Shown here: positions 1 through 6,056 of the stretch, piece by piece | Numbering within the stretch: the stretch's first letter is position 1 | Layout of the letters: each line of letters begins with the position of its first letter | IMG/VR virus record: IMGVR_UViG_3300032225_000633 | Span: 1-28,714 of that record | Reading direction: 5' to 3' (one strand) | Source: a virus | Taxonomy: Duplodnaviria; Caudoviricetes | Length of the DNA stretch: 28,714 nucleotides | Made by a program: the position numbers and the translations under genes | Notes under the pieces: model-generated | Told to the model about the DNA's origin: nothing | The model's input: only the letters and a program-made list of their open reading frames with translations | The model's database searches: none

Positions 1-123
1 ACGTTCACGAGATCAACAACGCTCGGTTTTCCAAGACACGCGCCTACGAGGGCCTTCTCGGTGTCAAACATCTTCCGGCTCGATTCCGAATTGCTTTTTA
101 GGCGGCGGAGGCTGGTTCGTCAC
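1..123. repeat. Terminal direct repeat, left copy (circular assembly overlap)
   Basis: 1-123 is identical to 28592-28714. Joining the ends places the initiator stop (64-66) in an 8-nt overlap with the DnaB start (69-71 = 28660-28662). Confidence 0.97.
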
Positions 124-792
124 TTCGGGCCTGAAACGTATAACGTTCATAACCCATGTTCTCCAGGTCGCTTCCCAATCAACCATACGCCTACCGTTTG
201 CCGCGTTGTAATCCTTGAATCGCTGTACTTCATCTGCAATGACGAGAGACGGCGCACGAGATTTTGCAAACTCAATCCCGGCTTCTGATGGTTCCCAATT
301 AGCCTTCAAAGAGGTTTTTCGCTCATCAGGTTCTTGAATAATATTCTTTATAGGTTCTGGTTCTGGTTCGGGGGCATCGTTTTGCCATCCGTTTGCCATA
401 GCATTTGCCATAGCATTTGCCATACCGTTTGCCATCGGTTCGGGTTTATCTTTGCTATTCCATCGAGCATTTGCGCCCAGCTTTCCAGCTTCTGATCGTG
501 CCTTACGAGTTTCCTCACGTTTGGCTTTCTCAGTCTCCGCGCACGGCTGGTACTGTTCCCAATCATGGAATTGATAGCCACCCTCGACTATCTCCCATAA
601 ACGCGCCTGAACGAGTTTTCCGGCGATTTTAGGGCCACCCATAGCAAGAACAATCTCATTCGAGATAAAGCCGCCGGTGAGCATTTGGCACGAGTAAGAC
701 ATAGAACGCACCCACATTCCGAGGGCCTCATTTCCAGCTTCGAGTGCCTTCGGGTGGAATGCTAACTGATCGTCAATCTTTCCCCACGTCAT
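64..792 (-). CDS. Phage replication initiator / replisome organiser (lambda O-like role)
   Basis: N-terminus MTWGKIDDQLAFHPK...YQFHDWEQYQP is typical of actinophage initiators; central repeat region; C-terminal domain with DWEATWRTW; directly upstream of DnaB on the circle. Confidence 0.8.
   Translation of the reverse strand: MTWGKIDDQLAFHPKALEAGNEALGMWVRSMSYSCQMLTGGFISNEIVLAMGGPKIAGKLVQARLWEIVEGGYQFHDWEQYQPCAETEKAKREETRKARSEAGKLGANARWNSKDKPEPMANGMANAMANAMANGWQNDAPEPEPEPIKNIIQEPDERKTSLKANWEPSEAGIEFAKSRAPSLVIADEVQRFKDYNAANGRRMVDWEATWRTWVMNVIRFRPEVTNQPPPPKKQFGIEPEDV
337..435. repeat. Putative replication origin: five TTTGCCAT iterons plus adjacent AT-rich tract
   Basis: TTTGCCAT at 381, 392, 404, 416 and 428 (spacing 11/12/12/12); AT-rich AATAATATTCTTTATA at about 337-352; all inside the initiator gene. 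Confidence 0.7.
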
Positions 793-1034
793 TAGCGAAT
801 CACCTCCGCGCAGGCCATGAGTTCAGCCGCGTGTTGAGGCGTGATCTCCAGCGAGTCGGCAATCTGCTGATTAGTCACGCCGTACTTCCGGCACAGCCCG
901 AGATAGTGCGCCTGTAGGCGTATCATCCCGTCACGCTCATCATCTGAGCATGTCGCGATGAGGTCCGTGGTTTTGTGTAAATACCACAGCGCGATGAGAG
1001 GTTTTCTATCGCAGTTTTCGATAGACTCGTTCAT
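792..1034 (-). CDS. Small putative helix-turn-helix DNA-binding protein
   Basis: TNQQIADSLEITPQHAAELM is HTH-like; AAGGAG Shine-Dalgarno (SD); TAATG coupling to the initiator. Confidence 0.6.
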   Translation of the reverse strand: MNESIENCDRKPLIALWYLHKTTDLIATCSDDERDGMIRLQAHYLGLCRKYGVTNQQIADSLEITPQHAAELMACAEVIR

Positions 1035-1137
1035 AGATTCAACTCCTTGATAGTTGGATTAGAAGCCCGGCTTGAGTGTATGAGAGTCCACTCGCCGGGT
1101 TTCGTTTATTCAGTTGTTACTCACTACTCACACTATA
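1035..1137 (-). promoter_or_regulatory. Candidate promoter (-10 TATAGT, 1132-1137) and structured 5' leader of the replication genes
   Basis: Long hairpin CCCGGC-GAGTG...CACTC-AA-GCCGGG, then a CAACT/AGTTG stem covering the SD of 792..1034. Confidence 0.5.
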
Positions 1138-1139
1138 GG

Positions 1140-1904
1140 TCATAACGCGTCGAAAACCTGTTGTAAAACGCCCGTAATTCGCTCTCTAACGCTAGAACCT
1201 ACTCCGAGCACGTCATCATGTCTAATCGGTTCCTCAGTCAGCCCTGTGGCGTAATTCGTGACTAGCGACAGCCCGATAACTTTCATGCCACATTCGCGCG
1301 CGGCAATCGCTTCAAGCGCGGTAGACATTCCGACCAAATCTGCGCCGAGCGTTCTTGCCATTCGTACCTCAGCGGGTGTCTCGAATTGTGGCCCGCGAAA
1401 TTGCGCATAAACGCCTGTTGCGATTCCAGGCACATAAAAGCCCGGATACTCATACGCGCCAGACATATCGACAAACTCCCGCGCTGGTGATGTTCCAGTG
1501 AGGTTCAGGTGATCCGTAATGCCGATTATGTCGCCTAAGTCATAATTCTGATTCACCGCGCCGGCTGCGTTTGTGAGCACGACAGTTCGACAACCCGCCT
1601 CATGCGCTGTCCTTACGCCGTGGGCCACTTCGTCCGGTGTTGCGCCCTGGTAAAGGTGTGCGCGTGAACCGAGCACGAGAACCGCGGTGCCTGAGTCGGT
1701 TACGAGTGCGTGAAAGTCTGTGTTATGTCCTTCGACGCCTTCGCGGTCAAATCCGGCAATGCGTGACTGATGAACGCTGCCGAACGATTCTCCGACGCCC
1801 TCAATGTGCCACCCGGTTCCGAGTTGTATGGCTACGTCAAAGGCTGGAATGTCAAGTTTGCGCATTAGTTGCTTTGCCGCGATCCACGCAAGTTCATTCG
1901 ACAT
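1140..1904 (-). CDS. punA: Purine nucleoside phosphorylase (trimeric PNP I family)
   Basis: Motifs RAHLYQG, VVLTNAAGAVN, DHLNLTG, GPQFETPAEVRMARTLGADLVGMSTALE, SLVTN. Confidence 0.92.
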   Translation of the reverse strand: MSNELAWIAAKQLMRKLDIPAFDVAIQLGTGWHIEGVGESFGSVHQSRIAGFDREGVEGHNTDFHALVTDSGTAVLVLGSRAHLYQGATPDEVAHGVRTAHEAGCRTVVLTNAAGAVNQNYDLGDIIGITDHLNLTGTSPAREFVDMSGAYEYPGFYVPGIATGVYAQFRGPQFETPAEVRMARTLGADLVGMSTALEAIAARECGMKVIGLSLVTNYATGLTEEPIRHDDVLGVGSSVRERITGVLQQVFDAL

Positions 1905-2223
1905 TCAGAATCTCCATCGTTCCATCATCTTTGAGCAAAACCCATCCGTGCACTTTGTGAAATAGCGATATCGCTTCAGAATCGGCATATCGCGATATTT
2001 TGAATCCGAGAAGCTGGGCCCGTCGTTGTAAGTCATTCTCAAAGCGACCATTCACGACGCTATCTACGAGGATGAGGTTCGAGAGCCTATCCGCGCCTTT
2101 GAATCCACCTGCGCCACGGTTTGCGCGATGATGAGGCACGAGTGTATCTGTTTCGAGTCCCGTCCAGGCGCACATGTCCCCGTCACGCTCGCGGAGTGCT
2201 GCGAGAAGTTTCCTATCCAGCAC
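1894..2223 (-). CDS. HNH-family endonuclease (degenerate Zn ligands)
   Basis: RERDGDMCAW...LVPHHRANRGAGG...DRLSNLILVDSVVNG matches an actinophage HNH pattern; several expected Cys are absent. Confidence 0.65.
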   Translation of the reverse strand: MLDRKLLAALRERDGDMCAWTGLETDTLVPHHRANRGAGGFKGADRLSNLILVDSVVNGRFENDLQRRAQLLGFKISRYADSEAISLFHKVHGWVLLKDDGTMEILNVE

Positions 2224-2434
2224 GTCTAATACGCCTCCGCTGTAACGGCGTCTTTCCGCCCCATACGCCGAACCAAATCTGATGATCTAAGGCATAGTCC
2301 AGGCATATGTCGCGCACCGGACAATTTTCGCAAATGCGTTGTGCATGAATCGACGTTTGCCCCCTCTCTGGAAAAAACACGTCGGGCGTGACCTGAGCGC
2401 AAATCGCGTCATCCATCCACGGCTCAGGTTTCAC
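2213..2434 (-). CDS. whiB: WhiB family Fe-S transcription factor
   Basis: W..DAIC...PDVFFPERG...RICENCPVRDICLDYAL...GVWGG: four Cys plus the GVWGG turn. Confidence 0.95.
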   Translation of the reverse strand: MKPEPWMDDAICAQVTPDVFFPERGQTSIHAQRICENCPVRDICLDYALDHQIWFGVWGGKTPLQRRRIRRAG

Positions 2435-2446
2435 TCACTCAGACTA

Positions 2447-2770
2447 CTATGCACCCTCAGCCTGAATCGAACGGAGAAGCGACTGAGAAGCCATAACAGA
2501 TTGTTCGAGCTGCCGCGTTTTCAACTTGATCCGGTTAAACTCCGCTTCAGCCAGGGCGAGCGTTTGCTTCGCATCGGCTGCCGACTGTCGGGCCGTCGCT
2601 TTGCGTTCCTCAATGTTGCCCTCACAGGTGAGAAAGGCAATGTCATAAACCTTCTCGAAGTCGAGTTGCGCCTGTTCTTTCTTGAGTTCCGCCTGATAGT
2701 GCGCGTCAGGTGCTTTTCTCAGTTGGTGAAGGTAGCCCGTTATTTGTTCGCGGAGTAACTCGGGATTCAT
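2447..2770 (-). CDS. Hypothetical coiled-coil protein
   Basis: 107 aa, helical and rich in A/E/Q/K; ATGA-coupled to the upstream small ORF. Confidence 0.75.
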   Translation of the reverse strand: MNPELLREQITGYLHQLRKAPDAHYQAELKKEQAQLDFEKVYDIAFLTCEGNIEERKATARQSAADAKQTLALAEAEFNRIKLKTRQLEQSVMASQSLLRSIQAEGA

Positions 2771-2907
2771 TGCTTTTTTTCCTTTAGTGAGTCGATTATG
2801 CGTTGCGTTTCTGCCTCGAAACGAGCATTGTCTTTCTGCTCGCGCGCCACCTTGCGCTTGAGCGAACCGCGCCTAAACGCTTTCTGATTCCGCTTGCCGT
2901 GGCTCAT
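2767..2907 (-). CDS. Small basic protein (46 aa, not in ORF track)
   Basis: MSHGKRNQKAFRRGSLKRKVAREQKDNARFEAETQRIIDSLKEKKQ; GGAGG SD; ATGA overlap with 2447..2770. Confidence 0.65.
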   Translation of the reverse strand: MSHGKRNQKAFRRGSLKRKVAREQKDNARFEAETQRIIDSLKEKKQ

Positions 2908-2998
2908 TCATTGCCTCCACCGCTTGACGCACATACTCGTAAACGCCGCCGACCTTCGAGAGCGACTCTAAAGCCTTCGTGAGTTCCTCCGTGGTCAT
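2873..2998 (-). CDS. Small hypothetical protein (41 aa, not in ORF track)
   Basis: MTTEELTKALESLSKVGGVYEYVRQAVEAMNEPRQAESESV; amphipathic-looking; an alternative frame 2904..3014 is also open. Confidence 0.45.
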   Translation of the reverse strand: MTTEELTKALESLSKVGGVYEYVRQAVEAMNEPRQAESESV

Positions 2999-3013
2999 AC
3001 CTCAATCGTGACA

Positions 3014-3517
3014 TTAGGCATCCTTCAATTCGGCTTTACGCGCCGTGAAAAGTACACGCACGTCCTCAGTCATCCATCCGGCAGCAATCCCCTGCTCGTA
3101 AATGCGCTGGAGTCCATCAATGCTCGTGACCGCTTCGAGTTTTGTGGTCAGGTCATCGGGTGCGGGAACCGCGCGTGAGACTTTCTGCATTTCTTCGCGC
3201 GACGGGCCCTTAGAGCCGGCGAATGCCCACCTGAGTGCGCGACCCAAAGCCGAGGTGCAAGCGTTTTCGAGTGCGCTTGTCTTGTTTGCCATGCCAACGC
3301 CATCAACCTCGAACGCCCATTCACTCGCCTTGGGCAGGTCGCGCTCTTGATCCCACGCGTCCATGTACACGCGCGCCTCGACAACCCACATAGCCTGAGC
3401 GCGGTCATTCTCGGTTGTGTGATTGATAATCACGCAGCGCAAGTCAGGGTAAGCCTCAAGTGCTCGCGCGTGACGTTGCTCAACTGTCTCGTAGTTCTCC
3501 AAATTGAAGTTAGCCAC
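3014..3517 (-). CDS. Putative single-strand annealing protein (Rad52/Sak-like)
   Basis: FNLENYETVEQR...NKTSALENACTSALGRAL motif; coupled to a YqaJ exonuclease, the usual exonuclease/annealase pair. Confidence 0.6.
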   Translation of the reverse strand: MANFNLENYETVEQRHARALEAYPDLRCVIINHTTENDRAQAMWVVEARVYMDAWDQERDLPKASEWAFEVDGVGMANKTSALENACTSALGRALRWAFAGSKGPSREEMQKVSRAVPAPDDLTTKLEAVTSIDGLQRIYEQGIAAGWMTEDVRVLFTARKAELKDA

Positions 3518-4089
3518 TATAAATCTCCTTCTTGTAATAAGCGGACTGCTACCTTGACGAGTTCGCCAATCATCTTTTCGTCGCGATCAATCCACATTGA
3601 ACGCGGCTCAAGCCACCCTGGAACAAATCCATAAGACGCGTTCGCCCTCAACTGCCAGGCATAAAGACATCTCTCCGCGCCCGTGACAAACATTTGCCAT
3701 TGCATTTGCCTAACATGGTCAGCTGGCGGGCCATCAAGTGGTTTTCCCATCGTCTTGATTTCGGCAATCTGCAAGTGGTCAATACTCAAGCCGTCAGGCG
3801 TAGCCAGAAAACGCGGTGCTTCGGCATGAGCAATTAGCCACTCATTCGGCATAATGCCAAACTCATCTTTCACCCATCGCGCAATCACGGGTTCCATGAA
3901 AGTGCCCCATGCCATAAACGCGTTCACCTGAACATCGACAGGGTTTCGCCGCGCTTCGAGCTGGTCACGAAAACTGGCGGGCCCTGACGCGGCTTTAGCA
4001 ACCGCTGTCGCGGTCACGCCGCGGGTTCGCGCTTCAAGCCATAGGTCGCGGTCCGATGAGCGCGCTATAAAGCGGTCAGGGTCAATCAT
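3517..4089 (-). CDS. YqaJ / lambda-exonuclease family nuclease
   Basis: WLEARTRGVTAT, MAWGTFMEP, FLATPDGL, AEIKT, QMQWQMFVTG. Confidence 0.9.
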   Translation of the reverse strand: MIDPDRFIARSSDRDLWLEARTRGVTATAVAKAASGPASFRDQLEARRNPVDVQVNAFMAWGTFMEPVIARWVKDEFGIMPNEWLIAHAEAPRFLATPDGLSIDHLQIAEIKTMGKPLDGPPADHVRQMQWQMFVTGAERCLYAWQLRANASYGFVPGWLEPRSMWIDRDEKMIGELVKVAVRLLQEGDL

Positions 4090-4319
4090 TGCGAATCCTC
4101 AATTTTCCTAATGAGGTCGCGCATTCCGAAACATACTGAGTGCTCGCAATTGCCTGTCTCTTGGTGACCGAAACATACTTTTGCCTCAGCCATTGCAATA
4201 ATGCGTTTAGTTTCGGACTCAACACCCGCGACAAAACCCTGAATGCCTGTTGGGTATGGGTTTGCGTTTTCGCGAATCTCATCTTGCACAAACTTCGCGT
4301 ACCGTTCTCGAATATCCAT
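4086..4319 (-). CDS. Hypothetical protein with Cys/His cluster
   Basis: Start reassigned to ATG 4319 (SD GAGGAAGGGAA); CFGH...CEHSVC; ATGA overlap with the exonuclease. Confidence 0.65.
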   Translation of the reverse strand: MDIRERYAKFVQDEIRENANPYPTGIQGFVAGVESETKRIIAMAEAKVCFGHQETGNCEHSVCFGMRDLIRKIEDSQ

Positions 4320-4341
4320 GTCTTTCCCTTCCTCAATCAAA

Positions 4342-4707
4342 CTAATTCACGCCACCGACAAGGCGCGCGAATCCCTCTAACGTCATAAACACGACGGCCT
4401 GCGCCGGGTCAGCCTTCCCGCGACGTTTCGCCACGACAATGCCTACCGAGGCGTCATCGTTTCCACGTTCTACCTCAGCCTCATTCAGCCACTCGGTGAC
4501 GTGATACTGCCCGCCGTAGTCTTTTGCCTCCAGCACTATCCGCCCGCAAATGGGCGAACGCACATTAGCAATGTCACCGCGATCGTCTGCGCCACGTTTC
4601 ACGCGCCGGTCGATCCGGTCATCCTCGAGGACGCGCGCGAGATAATCCGCTACGGCCCTCTCGAACGAGGCCCCTGCTGCTTTCGCGCTTGCTCTAGTCC
4701 GACTCAA
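4342..4707 (-). CDS. Holliday junction resolvase (PD-(D/E)XK type)
   Basis: AKAAGASFERAVADYL...DRGDIANV...IVLEAKD...WLNEAEVERGN...VVAKRRG; start placed at TTG 4707. Confidence 0.8.
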   Translation of the reverse strand: MSRTRASAKAAGASFERAVADYLARVLEDDRIDRRVKRGADDRGDIANVRSPICGRIVLEAKDYGGQYHVTEWLNEAEVERGNDDASVGIVVAKRRGKADPAQAVVFMTLEGFARLVGGVN

Positions 4708-4969
4708 GATTGCCTCGGCGTAGTTCTTCCACGAAGCCAAGAAACGCCGCCACATCATCCCCCGCTGGCGCGTCTAGCCATTCCACGAGTCGATTGGCGA
4801 GAGCGTCACAGGCGGAAAGCCAGCCTGCAAGAAATAATCCCGCATGATCTGGAAACGTCTGCCCTTTCGCAAGGTTTGCCCGCAAGAAGTCGGCATACGC
4901 CTCTTGGTATGACCGCGGTGCCTGCTCGTAAGCGCGTTCAATCATGCTGCGCCATTCATCGAAGCTCAC
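4694..4969 (-). CDS. Hypothetical protein
   Basis: GTG 4969 overlaps the previous stop (GTGA); MSFDEWRSMIERAY... Confidence 0.65.
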   Translation of the reverse strand: MSFDEWRSMIERAYEQAPRSYQEAYADFLRANLAKGQTFPDHAGLFLAGWLSACDALANRLVEWLDAPAGDDVAAFLGFVEELRRGNLESD

Positions 4970-5109
4970 GAGAACGCCACCGTAAAGACATAGACAAAAC
5001 CGAGCGCGACCATGACGAAAAGAAACCCGAGCACACTCCAGGCGACAAGTCCCCACCAAATGACGCGCGGGCCCTTCTGAAACGTCGTGCGCCTCAACGC
5101 TTTTCCCAT
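4966..5109 (-). CDS. Small membrane protein (47 aa)
   Basis: GGAGG SD before ATG 5109; basic N-terminus, then hydrophobic WWGLVAWSVLGFLFVMVALGFVYVFTVAF. Confidence 0.65.
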   Translation of the reverse strand: MGKALRRTTFQKGPRVIWWGLVAWSVLGFLFVMVALGFVYVFTVAFS

Positions 5110-5243
5110 CGTTGCACCTCCAAATAGTCCATAAGAGCCGCCAGAATGAGCGTAGACACGTTTACGCCCCGTTTCTGTGCAATTACCTGCATACGTTCCC
5201 ACAACGCATCAGGAAGGCGCACAGAGCGCACTCGACTAGTCAT
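5094..5243 (-). CDS. Ribbon-helix-helix (CopG/Arc-like) DNA-binding protein (49 aa, not in ORF track)
   Basis: MTSRVRSVRLPDALWERMQVIAQKRGVNVSTLILAALMDYLEVQRWEKR: beta strand SVRL, helix, G-x-x-x-S turn, helix; GGAGG SD. Confidence 0.85.
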   Translation of the reverse strand: MTSRVRSVRLPDALWERMQVIAQKRGVNVSTLILAALMDYLEVQRWEKR

Positions 5244-5421
5244 TTTGTACCTCCCAAATAAGTTTGCGAATCTCTAGCGGCGAAAAGAATCGATTCAGTT
5301 CCTCAAACGCTGACTGCCAACGATCCTCAAGAGTGAATGTCGGGTCAATCCATGCGACCTCGTGAAGTTGCGCCTCACAGGTAATGAGTTCGCGCACGAG
5401 CGCGTTTATCTGGCCGTTCAT
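5236..5421 (-). CDS. Hypothetical protein
   Basis: Start reassigned to ATG 5421 (ATGA overlap with the stop at 5418). Confidence 0.65.
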   Translation of the reverse strand: MNGQINALVRELITCEAQLHEVAWIDPTFTLEDRWQSAFEELNRFFSPLEIRKLIWEVQND

Positions 5422-5621
5422 CCGGCGTTCCCGAATACGAGCATCGTAAAATAAATGAACGCCCAAACGCCCGTGAACGCCAACAGGCATTCGCCCAAGA
5501 AAAGCACCAGGCGCACAATCATGCGAACGTTCGAGCGAATCTCGTAATAGCGCGGTGAATGCTGCACAGTCTCCGCTGTGCCTATGCGCCGATTGTGCTG
5601 GCGCAGTCCGTAGTCGCTCAT
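5418..5621 (-). CDS. Small membrane protein
   Basis: C-terminal hydrophobic segment LVLFLGECLLAFTGVWAFIYFTMLVF; ATGA coupling at both ends. Confidence 0.7.
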   Translation of the reverse strand: MSDYGLRQHNRRIGTAETVQHSPRYYEIRSNVRMIVRLVLFLGECLLAFTGVWAFIYFTMLVFGNAG

Positions 5622-5818
5622 GCGTTCACCTTCATCTCGTTCACGACGTACATGATTTCGTCACGAGTCCAGTTGACCATCATCAAGTCAAGCAAAGCCT
5701 CTTCAGCCTTCCATAGGTGCTTGATGACGTGCGTGAGCGTGGGCTTTGTATTTAACCGAATCTGACGCAGGTTCAGAATCGTTTCGTACTCCTTGCGGAG
5801 GATATCCATTTCAGACAT
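5618..5818 (-). CDS. Hypothetical protein, first gene of the early operon
   Basis: SD GGAAGGGAA; lies just after the promoter at 5853-5892. Confidence 0.7.
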   Translation of the reverse strand: MSEMDILRKEYETILNLRQIRLNTKPTLTHVIKHLWKAEEALLDLMMVNWTRDEIMYVVNEMKVNA

Positions 5819-5852
5819 TTTGTGTTCCCTTCCAAGAACCGCCCTTGTTGGC

Positions 5853-5892
5853 GTAATACAAAGATAGCACTATCTGTAATACAAAGTGCAAC
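5853..5892 (-). promoter_or_regulatory. Early promoter with direct-repeat operator
   Basis: Minus strand TTGCAC...TGcTATCTT (extended -10); GTAATACAAAG at 5853-5863 and 5876-5886 flanking palindrome AGATAG-ca-CTATCT (5862-5875). Confidence 0.7.
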
Positions 5893-5901
5893 TATTTCTA
5901 C

Positions 5902-5943
5902 AAAAAAGTTTCCCCGGCGAACCGAAGCTCAAACCGGGGAAAC
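5902..5943 (-). terminator. Intrinsic terminator ending the late/lysis transcript
   Basis: GTTTCCCCGG...CCGGGGAAAC stem followed by TTTTTT on the minus strand. Confidence 0.85.
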
Positions 5944-5975
5944 GCACGGGGGAAGGGGAACCGTGTTTGATTAGT

Positions 5976-6056
5976 TTACTGACATGACTCGCAGTTCATA
6001 GCATCCTGCGGGTCAATCGGGCACGAATATCCGCCGACATTCTCTCGTTCGCTCAC
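5976..6056 (-). CDS. 26-aa peptide with C-terminal C-x9-CxxCQ motif
   Basis: MSERENVGGYSCPIDPQDAMNCESCQ; GTG overlaps the endolysin stop (GTGA). Confidence 0.6.
   Translation of the reverse strand: MSERENVGGYSCPIDPQDAMNCESCQ

Noticed and set aside
1-123. 123-bp end repeat as a biological terminal repeat or att site
   Set aside because: It falls inside coding sequence at the initiator/dnaB junction, far from the HNH-terS interval; best explained as an assembler overlap.
4082-4336. Alternative minus-strand frame overlapping 4086..4319
   Set aside because: The 4086 frame has a strong SD and ATGA coupling to the exonuclease; this frame has neither.
4501-5127. 208-aa plus-strand ORF
   Set aside because: Antisense to four well-coupled minus-strand genes, with no recognisable motifs.
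5521-5536. Possible LexA/SOS box (CGAACGTTCG)
   Set aside because: Lacks the 4-nt spacer of CGAAC-N4-GTTCG and is intragenic.
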